Shown here in pieces: positions 18,619 to 28,926 of a stretch of DNA of 64,000 nucleotides. The DNA is taken from positions 125,656 to 189,655 of the forward strand of contig DAIDHL010000002.1 in the NCBI GenBank assembly GCA_027459745.1. Direction: 5' to 3'. Position numbers and translations under genes: made by a program. This DNA comes from Candidatus Levyibacteriota bacterium (GTDB lineage Bacteria; Patescibacteriota; Microgenomatia; Levybacterales; UBA12049). How positions within the stretch are numbered: the stretch's first letter is position 1; each line of letters opens with the position of its first letter. Under the pieces are notes generated by a model. That model ran no database searches. It had not been told where the DNA came from and was given only the letters and a program-made list of their open reading frames with translations.

Positions 18619-19641
18619 CTATTGTTTGGGCAGAATAGGCAATAAAACATTAAAAGTTGTACCTTTGCTGTTACTTTTAACAGATATTATTCCACTATGC
18701 AAAGTTACTATTTTTTTGGCGATTGATAAGCCGAGTCCATAACCTGAAATCTCCTGTTTAGTTCTGGAACTATCAGCTCGGTAGAAACGTTCGAAAATAT
18801 GAGGTAAGTCCTTGGTATTAATACCGATGCCTTGATCAGCGACTTTCAGCGAAATTTTATGGTCAATTTTTTCTGCTGTAACTTTGATCAAGGTATTATT
18901 ATTGCTGTATTTGACTGCATTATCAAGCAAGATTATCATTAGTTGAAGTAAACTATTTTTTTCTCCGAGAACTTGATAATTTTTTACCTCGCTTCTGATG
19001 GTTATTTCTTTCTTCTTAGCCTCAGAAGAAATCTTTTTTACGGCTTCTTCAATAACTTGTGAAACTGATACCTGGGTAAAAATATTTTGTCCTTTGGATT
19101 TTTCTAATTGAGTAAGCTGTAATAGATTATCTGAGAGTGATTGTAAATTTATTACCTCTTCTAAATTACTTTGTAATAGCTTTTTAGTTTCTTCTACGGA
19201 CAGATCTTTCGCTCTTAAGTTGACTTCAATTTCTGCTCTTAAAGCGGTGAGGGGTGTTCTTAGTTCGTGTGATGCATCAGTAATGAAGCGATTTTGTTCA
19301 TCTACCATGACTTGAATTGGTTTTAGTGTTCGGCCTGCTAAAAAATAACCGGCTCCTCCCGCAAGTACGAAAATTCCTAAGTTAAGTAAAATCAAAGCTA
19401 GTTTTATTCTATTTTCCTCATCACTGAGTAGTTCGGGGTCAATTTGCAGTTGACTAATATGTGGAGGTGCAGGGATTAACTCAGGGTTGTCAAAGTAGTA
19501 TAAACGGAACTGCTGTGCGTGCAAACTACGAACTAATTCAGATTTAGCACCATTGTAAATTGCTACGCTAAAGAGAATACTAATACTCATCAAAATGAGC
19601 AAATACCAGGCTGTAAGCTTAATACGTGCAGAGTGGAACAT
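18619..19641 (-). CDS. sensor histidine kinase
   Basis: Two TM helices, H-box HELRTPLTALRAEIE, and a HATPase_c C-terminal domain. Confidence 0.85.
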   Translation of the reverse strand: MFHSARIKLTAWYLLILMSISILFSVAIYNGAKSELVRSLHAQQFRLYYFDNPELIPAPPHISQLQIDPELLSDEENRIKLALILLNLGIFVLAGGAGYFLAGRTLKPIQVMVDEQNRFITDASHELRTPLTALRAEIEVNLRAKDLSVEETKKLLQSNLEEVINLQSLSDNLLQLTQLEKSKGQNIFTQVSVSQVIEEAVKKISSEAKKKEITIRSEVKNYQVLGEKNSLLQLMIILLDNAVKYSNNNTLIKVTAEKIDHKISLKVADQGIGINTKDLPHIFERFYRADSSRTKQEISGYGLGLSIAKKIVTLHSGIISVKSNSKGTTFNVLLPILPKQ

Positions 19642-19719
19642 GGGTAATTTAAAATTCCTAACTTATAATTACAGTTTAATTCCCCAGAGATTATGTATTT
19701 GTAATTTAATTAGAAATTT

Positions 19720-20403
19720 CTAGACCTCCTTATCACTTATCATATACCCAAATCCTCTTACAGTGCGAATAAGAGCCAATTTATCCGGGAAGATACGATC
19801 GACCTTGTTGCGTAGATGGGTCATATAAACTTCTACTGTATTGGGTAAGATATCAGTGTCATAGTTCCAGACATGGTTGATAATTTGATCTTTGGTAATG
19901 ACTTTATTGGCATGACGCATCAAGTATTCTAATAATGCAAACTCTTTTTGCGATAAAGTAATAGATTTAGTTCCTCTTTCAACCTGAAAAGTAGAGGTGT
20001 CTAAAGATAATTCTCCCACCGTCAATTTATTTTCAGCGGTTTTTTGTGGCCGGCGTAGTAGCGCTCTTACTCTTGCCAGTAGTTCCTCAAACGCAAATGG
20101 TTTTACTAAATAATCATCGGCTCCGGCATTTAAGCCTTCGACTCTGTCATTTAACTGACCTTTGGCTGTTAATAATAAGATAGGAATATGAATTTGTTTT
20201 TTGCGTAAAGTCGTGCAAATGGTCAAGCCATCCATACCTGGCAGCAGGCGATCGAGAATGATAAGGTCATAGTCTTCTCCTACTGCTAAGTCTAATCCTT
20301 GAGTCCCATCATAGGCGACATCAGTAACATAGTTTTCTTGTTCTAAGCCTTTTTTGATGGAGTTGGCGATTTTGTGCTCATCTTCGACTATTAGAATTTT
20401 CAC
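19720..20403 (-). CDS. OmpR-family response regulator
   Basis: Receiver domain (IVEDE...D...K) followed by a winged-helix OmpR/PhoB-type DNA-binding domain. Confidence 0.9.
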   Translation of the reverse strand: MKILIVEDEHKIANSIKKGLEQENYVTDVAYDGTQGLDLAVGEDYDLIILDRLLPGMDGLTICTTLRKKQIHIPILLLTAKGQLNDRVEGLNAGADDYLVKPFAFEELLARVRALLRRPQKTAENKLTVGELSLDTSTFQVERGTKSITLSQKEFALLEYLMRHANKVITKDQIINHVWNYDTDILPNTVEVYMTHLRNKVDRIFPDKLALIRTVRGFGYMISDKEV

Positions 20404-20450
20404 AGCTTGAGTATAACAGAACCAAGCTGAAAATTAGCTGATGCTGATAA

Positions 20451-21710
20451 CTATCTCTCAAAGAACTTTTTACCTTTGAGTTTGTCGGGTAAATAGGACT
20501 GTCCTTCCTCTAATCCTACATGTTTTTCACTCCAAGTATAACCTTGAGAATATTTTAGTTCTTTCATCAGTTTAGTCGGTGCGTTTCTCAAAGCTAGAGG
20601 AATGGGCAAAATAGGATCTTGAAAGATGGCTTGCTTAGTTTTCTCAATAGCATTGGGAACGGAGCGTGATTTTTTAGCTGTTGATAAATATAAGCAAGTA
20701 GAAGCAAGAATTAATTGCGCTTCAGGTAACCCTATCTTTTCGACAGCTTCAAAACAGCCGTTAGCCTGAATTAAAGCACCTCGGTCTGCCAAACCAATAT
20801 CTTCGGCGGCAAAAATTAGCATCCTTCTAGCAACAAAGATAGGATCCTCGCCGTTTTCCAGCATACGCAGCATATAATAAAGTGCTGCATCAGGATCAGA
20901 ACCTCTCATTGATTTGATAAAAGCGCTGATAGTATTGTAGTGTTCATCGGCTTTTTTGTCATAGATCCCGGCTGATTTATGTTGAAATACTTGTTCAATA
21001 ATTTCCGGAGTAATCGTCTTTTGTTTGTAGTTGGTGACTGCGATTTCCAATCCGTTGAGCATGATTCTGGCATCTCCACCAGAAAATTGTAATAATAGAT
21101 TCTTTGCTTCCGGTAGCAATGTCTTTTTATATTTTCCCAATCCTCGTTCTACATCAATCAAAGCCGTATCAATTAGTTTTTCTAAATTTTCCAAACTTAA
21201 ATTTTCCAATACAAAAACTCTACAACGAGAAAGTAGGGCATTATTAACTTCAAAGGAAGGATTGTCGGTAGTCGCGCCGATCAGAATGATGTCACCTTTT
21301 TCCACATATGGTAGTAAGGCATCTTGTTGCGATTTGCTCCAACGGTGAATTTCATCTAAAAATAGTATGGGGACTGGTTGTTTTGGATTGACTACTAATG
21401 GATGTTCCTCATTTTCGCTAGTATCAATAGCTATTGTAGGAGAATTGTTACCCATAACTTCTTTAATTATTTTCTGTAATTCAGATTTGCCGGCTTCCAC
21501 TGCGGATAGATGATAGAAATGTGCTTGTGTTTCGTTGGCTACTATCTGGGCGAGAGTGGTCTTGCCAGTTCCAGGTGGTCCCCATAAAATCATAGAAAAG
21601 ATATTTTTCTCTTCAATCATGCGACGTATGACTTTGCCGGTACCTACCAGGTGTTCCTGGCCGACAAATTCATTCAAGGTGCGTGGACGCAAGCGTGCAG
21701 CGAGGTTCAT
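20451..21710 (-). CDS. rarA: replication-associated recombination protein A (MgsA/RarA AAA+ ATPase)
   Basis: Walker A GPPGTGKTT, Walker B LFLDEIHR, and the C-terminal MgsA helical domain. Confidence 0.85.
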   Translation of the reverse strand: MNLAARLRPRTLNEFVGQEHLVGTGKVIRRMIEEKNIFSMILWGPPGTGKTTLAQIVANETQAHFYHLSAVEAGKSELQKIIKEVMGNNSPTIAIDTSENEEHPLVVNPKQPVPILFLDEIHRWSKSQQDALLPYVEKGDIILIGATTDNPSFEVNNALLSRCRVFVLENLSLENLEKLIDTALIDVERGLGKYKKTLLPEAKNLLLQFSGGDARIMLNGLEIAVTNYKQKTITPEIIEQVFQHKSAGIYDKKADEHYNTISAFIKSMRGSDPDAALYYMLRMLENGEDPIFVARRMLIFAAEDIGLADRGALIQANGCFEAVEKIGLPEAQLILASTCLYLSTAKKSRSVPNAIEKTKQAIFQDPILPIPLALRNAPTKLMKELKYSQGYTWSEKHVGLEEGQSYLPDKLKGKKFFER

Positions 21711-21755
21711 GCCATAATTTTAACATAGTAGAAAGATGGTGTAAACGATTGTTTA

Positions 21756-23273
21756 CTAAAATTTATTAGCTACATTGTAATTAAATTTTAATAAAGAAAG
21801 AGAGCCTTCAACAGTATGAATTTTATAGATTGAACTTGGATTACCAAATTGTTTTTGGATGTCTATAAGAGAACAGCCATTTAACTCAGGAGTTAACTTT
21901 TTATCAAAATCGATAAGTATAAAACTTTTTTTAATTTGATTGTCAGGCAAATACCATTGCTCAGAACTTACCCATAAATACGGATAAATTTTATGTTGAT
22001 AACAAGATACTTGTCTAAATTTTATCTTATTTTTTGACAAAAAAGTATTTATTCCGGCATTCCAATAACTAGTATATCCATAATTTAAATTAGTACTGTT
22101 AACCTCTGAGATAACTTGAGTATTGTATCTATATTTATTAATCTCACTAAGTGTATAGAATTTTGTATTAATTGTTACTACGTTAACTATTACAACTATT
22201 ATTAGTAATACTATTAAGACTGATCTAAGTCTATAAAATTTTAAGTTATTCAATACAAATAATAATCCTATTGGGCTGAGAAAAACTATCATTAATAGAT
22301 AACGACTTGTAAGAATATCTTGTCCAAGATAAGCTATTAAATAAGAAAGAGTGTTAAGCATTACAGATAAAAAGATGAAGATGGGAATTATTGTAGTTTC
22401 TTTAAAAAATTTTTTGGTAAACAAAAATATACCCAAAACAGATATTATAAATAAAACCAGTTGTATTAATGAGAGAAATGTGAGGTCATAACTGTTATCT
22501 ACTAGGTATAAGAAACCCTCTATTAATAAGAACATATTTTTGCCTAAATCTTGTAAAGAAATCATATTTTGACCTAAATTTGATATAAGAAATTGGCCAT
22601 TTAAATTAAAAATATATTTAATCACGAAGCTTAGGCATGTTATTAGAAAAACAAAGATTAATGGTAGTAAGTATTGCTTTGAGTGTCTATATTGTATGAA
22701 TATAGTCAATAATAAAGGTATGACAAATAAAAATAAAAAGTATGGATCAGAGATAATTTCTAACAATAAAATAAAATAGATTAACAAACTTAATGGGTTA
22801 TTTTTTTTAATTTTAAGAGGATTATCAAAATAAATTAGCAAGATAAAACATATTCCAAATTCTATATTTCTAATAAAACTATCAGCAATAAAGTGATAAA
22901 AGGCCCACGAAAAAGTTATAAAGAATAATAATGGAAGATGATAAACAAAACCTCTTTTTTTGATATATTTTTTCAGTATAAAATAATAAAAGATTGTAAA
23001 TAAGGTTAATGTGATGGATAAATTTAGAAAAGAAGTTATAAAAAGAGTATTAAATGAATATCCAAAAGTTTTTAATACTAAAAAAGCTATGGGGTAATGT
23101 AAAATGAATGTATCAGGAGCAAGATAGATTGAAGATTTAAGAAAATCACTAAAAAGTAAGTATCCCCACACGCTATCACTTGTATATTGATTTCCAGTTG
23201 ATGCGTAAAATGAATTAATTAGGATTATTAGTAATGTCAGAAAGAAATAGCGGTAATGCTTTATTATTTTCAT
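21756..23273 (-). CDS. polytopic membrane protein, GT-C-like glycosyltransferase candidate
   Basis: More than 12 TM helices and very AT-rich. Paired divergently with a GT2 polyprenyl-phosphate sugar synthase-like gene. The upstream extension to 23351 in the ORF track reads through a TATA-rich promoter-like stretch, so the start was placed at MKIIKHY. Confidence 0.45.
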   Translation of the reverse strand: MKIIKHYRYFFLTLLIILINSFYASTGNQYTSDSVWGYLLFSDFLKSSIYLAPDTFILHYPIAFLVLKTFGYSFNTLFITSFLNLSITLTLFTIFYYFILKKYIKKRGFVYHLPLLFFITFSWAFYHFIADSFIRNIEFGICFILLIYFDNPLKIKKNNPLSLLIYFILLLEIISDPYFLFLFVIPLLLTIFIQYRHSKQYLLPLIFVFLITCLSFVIKYIFNLNGQFLISNLGQNMISLQDLGKNMFLLIEGFLYLVDNSYDLTFLSLIQLVLFIISVLGIFLFTKKFFKETTIIPIFIFLSVMLNTLSYLIAYLGQDILTSRYLLMIVFLSPIGLLFVLNNLKFYRLRSVLIVLLIIVVIVNVVTINTKFYTLSEINKYRYNTQVISEVNSTNLNYGYTSYWNAGINTFLSKNKIKFRQVSCYQHKIYPYLWVSSEQWYLPDNQIKKSFILIDFDKKLTPELNGCSLIDIQKQFGNPSSIYKIHTVEGSLSLLKFNYNVANKF

Positions 23274-23339
23274 GGACGTAAATGTTTTAGCAGTTGTAAT
23301 ATTTATATATAGTATATAATATATAAATACATTTGTTCT

Positions 23340-24065
23340 ATGAGTAAACATAAAAGAATAATTGTTGTTTTACCAGCATATAACGCTGAAAAGACTTTAA
23401 AGAGAACAGTAGAAGAGATACCTCAAAATGCTTATGACGAAATTATATTGGTAGATGATGCTTCTTCGGATTACACAATAAATGTAGCAAAAAGAATGAA
23501 ACTTAACGTCATTAAGCATGAAAAGAATAAAGGTTACGGTGGTAATCAGAAAACATGTTATGATAATGCTTTAAGATTAGGAGCAGATATTGTTGTAATG
23601 TTACATCCCGATTATCAATATGACCCTAAAATATTACCTAGCTTAACAGCGCCTTTGATATATGATTATGCAGATATAGTCCTAGCATCAAGAATGCTGG
23701 GTGATCCACATAAAGGAGGTGCATTACAAGGGGGTATGCCTGTATATAAATATATATCAAATCGTTTTTTGACTACATTCCAAAATATAATTTTCAGAAT
23801 GCATCTATCAGAATATCATACAGGGTATAGGGCATACTCTCGTAAATTTCTTCAAACGATTAATTATAAAAGTTTTTCTGATGATTTTATTTTCGACAAT
23901 GAACTTTTGATTGCAGGCATTCGTAATAGAATGAGATTTATGGAAGTTCCTGTTAAAACACGTTATTTCAAAGAAGCATCTTCAATAAATCTTCTAAGTA
24001 GTATCAAGTATGGAATAGCTGTAATTAATAAAACATTAAACTACAAACCTAAACGGAAATTATAG
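23340..24065 (+). CDS. family 2 glycosyltransferase (dolichyl/polyprenyl-phosphate sugar synthase-like)
   Basis: N-terminal VVLPAYNAE and DDASSD (DxD-type) motifs of GT2. Confidence 0.8.
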   Translation: MSKHKRIIVVLPAYNAEKTLKRTVEEIPQNAYDEIILVDDASSDYTINVAKRMKLNVIKHEKNKGYGGNQKTCYDNALRLGADIVVMLHPDYQYDPKILPSLTAPLIYDYADIVLASRMLGDPHKGGALQGGMPVYKYISNRFLTTFQNIIFRMHLSEYHTGYRAYSRKFLQTINYKSFSDDFIFDNELLIAGIRNRMRFMEVPVKTRYFKEASSINLLSSIKYGIAVINKTLNYKPKRKL

Positions 24066-24108
24066 TTTTATATGATTAACATTTTATTTTTAAAGTAACC
24101 ACTAATTA

Positions 24109-25272
24109 ATGAAAAAAATACAGTATTTGGAAGGATTAAGAGGGGTTGCTGCTTTAATAGTTATTGTACATCATATGGCTTGTGCATTTTTCCCTTCAAT
24201 AATATTTGGTAATTGGGCTCAAGAGCATTCAGCTTTAGAACAATATATATATACTACTCCTGTAAATATATTATTTGCTGGAAACTTTGCGGTTTGTGTT
24301 TTTTTTGTTTTAAGTGGTTTTGTCTTAAGTTATTCTTTCTTAAAGAAATCTTATGTTTTTAGTTTTAAGAAGTTGATTTTCCTTTTTTTCAGAAGATACT
24401 TGCGTCTTATGGTTCCTATACTTACTTCTGTATATATCGCATATCTTTTATTGCAGAATAACTTAATACTAAACAACAATGAGGTTATAAAATCTACATA
24501 TTCATATCTATGGTTAAATCAATACTATAGATTTCATCCTGATTTTTCGAGCATGTTGTATCAAGGTACAATAGGTATATTTATGAGCCCTAATGAAACT
24601 AGTTATAACAATGTGCTTTGGGCAATGTATTACGAGTATATTGGCTCATGTTTTGTATATATATTTCTTATGTTATTTAAAAATAATAAATATCGATATA
24701 TAGCTTATTTATTATTTTTTATTGTTTTTCTTAAAACGTACTATTTAGCTTTTCTTTTAGGAATATTATTATATGACCTTTACAAGCATTCCGATATTTT
24801 AATTAGGTTCTTTTCATTTAAATTCAATAACTTAATTATTTTAATTACAATTATTGTATTTGGAGGTTATCCGATCGCAGGGTGGTATGCAATTGATTAT
24901 CCATTAATCAAATTTTCTAATTTTTCTCTTTCTGAAATGTCAGTTTTATATCACATTTTAGGTGCCGTGTTTCTTATCGGTTATATTCTCTATACAAGAA
25001 AGGTTTCATCTTGGCTATCAACCAAATATCTCTCATTTATAGGTAGAATTTCATTTTCTTTATATCTATTACATCCGCTAGTGATATTCTCTTTTTCTTT
25101 ATTTATTTATTCTTTTATAATCAAGTACTTTAATTATAACATAACAGCATTAATTACTATACTTTTATCTATAATATTAATTATACCAATTGCTTATTTG
25201 TTCTATAAATATATTGATCAGAATAATGCTAAGGTATCTTACGCATTATTTAATATTCTATCTAAAACTTAA
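24109..25272 (+). CDS. acyltransferase family 3 membrane protein (O-acyltransferase)
   Basis: 10-11 TM helices. N-terminal LEGLRGVAALIVIVHH motif with the conserved His of acyl_transf_3. Confidence 0.7.
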   Translation: MKKIQYLEGLRGVAALIVIVHHMACAFFPSIIFGNWAQEHSALEQYIYTTPVNILFAGNFAVCVFFVLSGFVLSYSFLKKSYVFSFKKLIFLFFRRYLRLMVPILTSVYIAYLLLQNNLILNNNEVIKSTYSYLWLNQYYRFHPDFSSMLYQGTIGIFMSPNETSYNNVLWAMYYEYIGSCFVYIFLMLFKNNKYRYIAYLLFFIVFLKTYYLAFLLGILLYDLYKHSDILIRFFSFKFNNLIILITIIVFGGYPIAGWYAIDYPLIKFSNFSLSEMSVLYHILGAVFLIGYILYTRKVSSWLSTKYLSFIGRISFSLYLLHPLVIFSFSLFIYSFIIKYFNYNITALITILLSIILIIPIAYLFYKYIDQNNAKVSYALFNILSKT

Positions 25273-25274
25273 TA

Positions 25275-25835
25275 TTAAGAGGGGTGTATATACTCTTCTT
25301 TAACTTTATCTCCGTACTTTTCCAATAATTTGTGGACTTTTGGGCTTATGACAAATTGACAGTAAGGTGCTGATCCATTGCGATTAAAATAATTTTGGTG
25401 GTAACCTTCTGCCGGATAAAACTCTTTTAACTCTTCTATTTTTGTCACAATAGGATCAGAGAACTCTTTGGTTTTCTCTAAAGCAGCTTTTGACTCTTCG
25501 GCCAACTTTTTTTGTTCTTCATCAGCATAAAAAATTGCTGACCGATACTGTGTACCTACATCGTTACCTTGACGATTCAGAGTCGTGGGATTATGTGTAT
25601 GCCAAAAAACATCCAACAAAGTTGCATAAGAAATAACTTGTGGATCAAATTCTATTTGTAAAGATTCAGCATGACCTGTTTCACCACTACTTACTTGTTC
25701 ATAGGTCGGATTGGGGACAGTGCCTCCGCTATAACCAGACTTAACCGAGTTAATGCCTTTTAGTCTTTGGAAGATGGCTTCTGTGCACCAAAAACAGCCA
25801 TTGGCAAAAGTTGCAGTTTGTAAATTTGTCGACAT
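25275..25835 (-). CDS. msrA: peptide methionine sulfoxide reductase MsrA
   Basis: Active-site motif GCFWCTE. Confidence 0.85.
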   Translation of the reverse strand: MSTNLQTATFANGCFWCTEAIFQRLKGINSVKSGYSGGTVPNPTYEQVSSGETGHAESLQIEFDPQVISYATLLDVFWHTHNPTTLNRQGNDVGTQYRSAIFYADEEQKKLAEESKAALEKTKEFSDPIVTKIEELKEFYPAEGYHQNYFNRNGSAPYCQFVISPKVHKLLEKYGDKVKEEYIHPS

Positions 25836-25926
25836 AAAAAGATTATAACGGATTCTTGATTATTTGTCTCAAAGGTTTTTTCATGAGCTTGCAGAAAAAA
25901 ATAAACTATGACATTATGTTTTCACT

Positions 25927-26358
25927 ATGTTGAACGTAGGAGAGCTAGCACCAGATTTTTCTTTGACCGATCAAAATGGCGATTTACACCAACTAAATGA
26001 CTATCAAGGTAAGTGGGTGTTGCTCTATTTTTATCCCAAAGACGATACACCTGGTTGTACAGTCGAGGCATGTGCTTTGCGTGATAACTATGATAAATTA
26101 GAAAAACTGGCTGTAGTTCTGGGTGTGAGTGCCGATAGTATAGACAGCCATAAAAAGTTTGTGGAAAAGTATCATCTGCCATTTACATTGCTTGCCGACC
26201 CCCCAAAAAAAGTAATTGAAAAATATGGAGCCAAAGGAACTCCTTTTAATAAAAGAATTTCTTATTTGATTAATCCACAAGGCGTGATTACCAAAGTTTA
26301 TCCTAAGGTAGATCCATCTCAACACGCGGGGGAAATTCTAAAAGATCTCCCAGTTTAG
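25927..26358 (+). CDS. bcp: thiol peroxidase / peroxiredoxin Bcp
   Basis: FYPKDDTPGCT motif with the peroxidatic Cys. Confidence 0.85.
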   Translation: MLNVGELAPDFSLTDQNGDLHQLNDYQGKWVLLYFYPKDDTPGCTVEACALRDNYDKLEKLAVVLGVSADSIDSHKKFVEKYHLPFTLLADPPKKVIEKYGAKGTPFNKRISYLINPQGVITKVYPKVDPSQHAGEILKDLPV

Positions 26359-26411
26359 GACGTAAGTATAAAATTTAAGGCAATAACCCTAATTAGTTAT
26401 TCCTTTAAGCT

Positions 26412-27410
26412 TTATAGAGCTTTACTCGCGGTCCAGTCTGACTCAAAGGTTTGATTAATTTTGTCTACAATATCTGGTTTACTAATAATAATCCCCAACT
26501 CTCGATTTTCATCCAAACTTGCTGTAGTAAAGTTAATTGATCCTACATATACGCGTTGATCGTCTACCATAATCATTTTGGCATGAATATATGGATGTTT
26601 AAGGGTGTGAATTTGTACACCTGCATTTTTAAGTAACTGTGCTTGACTTTGGTTACTGGTATCACTATTCATGTCGGGAAGAATTAGCTCTATTGGAATC
26701 GTCTTGGCTTTGGTTGTCAAAATTGACTCAATCTGTTTATCATCAATGACTTCCATTTCAATCTCCAACGATTTAGTTGCACTATTCAGCAATGTTTCTA
26801 ATTTAGGTCGGGAAGTCAGTGGGCTGATAACTAAGTTTGTTTGAGTAGGAGTAAAATTAATTCTTTGCCAATCCGCTATGAAAATATTTTTTATTTCTGC
26901 AACATCCTGTGGATTAGTATCTGCAATATCGTATTCGCGATTACTCTTAAAAGAGGCAGCAGTTAGATTTTGGCTTAAGATTAAAGCTTCATTATCATCA
27001 ATTAATATACATTTTTCATGAGTTAGAGCAAAGGTAGGATTAGCCCATTCAACTTTTACCCCAGCTTGTTCTAGCTCTTGCTTGGTTTTGGGATTTAGAG
27101 AGCCCCCGCCAAAAGGATGTTGTTCTAACATTACTTCAACATCTACATTTCTTTTTTGAGCTTGTTCTAGTGCGCTGATGACTGCCTTATCAGAAAGTAG
27201 GTAGTCTTCGACTAAAATATCTTTTTTAGCCTGGTTGATGACATTAACAATGGGATCTTCTCCTGCTTCCGGTTGGATAATTAAGGCCAAATTGGAACTA
27301 CTACCTAACACATCCTGTGATGTATAATGTGGCTTATTATATTGTTGAAACCACATCACACTGGCCAAAACAGCAATAGTTAGAAGATAATAAATAATTT
27401 TCTTTAACAT
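26412..27410 (-). CDS. PLD-superfamily protein with two HKD motifs (cardiolipin synthase/phospholipase D-like), N-terminal membrane anchor
   Basis: HEKCILIDDNEALILSQN and HAKMIMVDDQRVYVGSINFT both fit HxKx4Dx6G(S)xN. Confidence 0.7.
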   Translation of the reverse strand: MLKKIIYYLLTIAVLASVMWFQQYNKPHYTSQDVLGSSSNLALIIQPEAGEDPIVNVINQAKKDILVEDYLLSDKAVISALEQAQKRNVDVEVMLEQHPFGGGSLNPKTKQELEQAGVKVEWANPTFALTHEKCILIDDNEALILSQNLTAASFKSNREYDIADTNPQDVAEIKNIFIADWQRINFTPTQTNLVISPLTSRPKLETLLNSATKSLEIEMEVIDDKQIESILTTKAKTIPIELILPDMNSDTSNQSQAQLLKNAGVQIHTLKHPYIHAKMIMVDDQRVYVGSINFTTASLDENRELGIIISKPDIVDKINQTFESDWTASKAL

Positions 27411-27489
27411 GAAGTGCTAATTTATAGTAGAGAGTTTTAGTAATTTAGACAAGTTTGACTGTGAATATGGCGCGTGAGATACTTCAGTT

Positions 27490-27951
27490 ATGAAAGAGTT
27501 TATCAAAAATTTGTCTAAATCAGAATCTTTTCCTCAATTGCTAGTGTTGATTAGCTTTTTAGTTACATTTGGTATCACCAGGGCAATTACTCATTTACAA
27601 AAGGTTGGGTTATGGCCAAATCAGCATGGCGCCCTACACATACATCATTTAGTGCCGGGAATATTTTTGCTACTGATCAGCGGATATTTGGGTATTTCCT
27701 TTTGGTCAAAGGGAAAAATACGTTTAATTGTGGCTATTTTATTTGGCATTGGAGCAGCTTTAACTATTGACGAATTCGCTTTGTGGCTATATTTACAGGA
27801 TGTCTACTGGGAGAAACAGGGTCGCGATAGCGTAGACGCAATAATCATTGTAGCCACTATTTTTGCTATCGCGTATGTTTTTAGTAGCATGCATAAGCAT
27901 GCTTTTTTTTGCAAAATAAAAGATTGGATACAAAGCAGAATAAAAGAATAA
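27490..27951 (+). CDS. hypothetical small membrane protein (4 TM)
   Basis: ORF with four hydrophobic helices. Confidence 0.45.
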   Translation: MKEFIKNLSKSESFPQLLVLISFLVTFGITRAITHLQKVGLWPNQHGALHIHHLVPGIFLLLISGYLGISFWSKGKIRLIVAILFGIGAALTIDEFALWLYLQDVYWEKQGRDSVDAIIIVATIFAIAYVFSSMHKHAFFCKIKDWIQSRIKE

Positions 27952-27989
27952 CAACTCTATTAACTTCTTGTTAATTTAAATCACTTTAC

Positions 27990-28925
27990 TTAAGGATTGA
28001 TAGCGTTGGAGGAGGGTGCTGAAGAACTAGTTGCAGGAGGGTTAGCCATGCTATTTGCTTGTCCTTGCGGCATATGCATGGATGGCATCGCACTGGCACT
28101 ACTATTATTTTGCGTAGCATTAGGTAAAATTAAAGTTTTAAACAAGGGTCTCATCTGGCTAATATCCGTGCGAATTTTATTTAAGGCAGTTCGAATGGTC
28201 GTACTTACATCACTTCTGACTTGAGCGAAGGTCGCCTTGGCAGTTGATTCAGACGAAATAGACACACCTTCAATGGTAGTAGTATCACTAGTTAAGGTAG
28301 TACTGATAGTACTCAATTGATTATTGATATCAGTTACTAAGGCTTGTAATTGCATGGTATCCTTACCTTGTCCATAGGTAGTAATTAAATTTTGCAATTG
28401 TGGAACTGTAGCCTGTAATTGAGTAACCACAGTGTTCAGGTTATTTAAAACAATTAACATATCTGTTTTGGGTTCATAGACTGCAAAAATATAGTAGTTA
28501 GTGATTATTTGTTTGGTATCTGCCAAAGCAGTCGTAGCATCGGTATCAGCATCAATTTTGGTTTTAAGAGTTTGCAGACTGCTAATTTGATTTTGAATAT
28601 CAGTAGTTAAATTGGTTTTTTCCGTGTCGGTTAGCCGCGAATCATTTTGAACTTTAGTTGATAAAGTTTGTAGAGCAGTTACACGAGTAGTAATCATAGT
28701 GTCTGCGCGAGCAACAATCGATGTAAGACGACTTTGCGACACAGCAGCGGCTTTACTTGCCATACGATTAACATCTTGTACCAGTTTTGGAGCACCGAGC
28801 GTATAGTTGCCAGCCTGTTCCGTAGAAGTAACGGTAGAGGTGGTTTGAGCCAAAGCTGGAATTACAGATTGAGAAATCAAGCTAAGACCTATAATTAAAG
28901 AAATAATTATTTTTTTATTTTGCAT
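27990..28925 (-). CDS. secreted Thr/Ser/Gln-rich coiled-coil protein, hypothetical
   Basis: Signal peptide, T/S/Q-rich repetitive sequence, and a Pro/Ser-rich C-terminus. Confidence 0.45.
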   Translation of the reverse strand: MQNKKIIISLIIGLSLISQSVIPALAQTTSTVTSTEQAGNYTLGAPKLVQDVNRMASKAAAVSQSRLTSIVARADTMITTRVTALQTLSTKVQNDSRLTDTEKTNLTTDIQNQISSLQTLKTKIDADTDATTALADTKQIITNYYIFAVYEPKTDMLIVLNNLNTVVTQLQATVPQLQNLITTYGQGKDTMQLQALVTDINNQLSTISTTLTSDTTTIEGVSISSESTAKATFAQVRSDVSTTIRTALNKIRTDISQMRPLFKTLILPNATQNNSSASAMPSMHMPQGQANSMANPPATSSSAPSSNAINP

Positions 28926-28926
28926 A

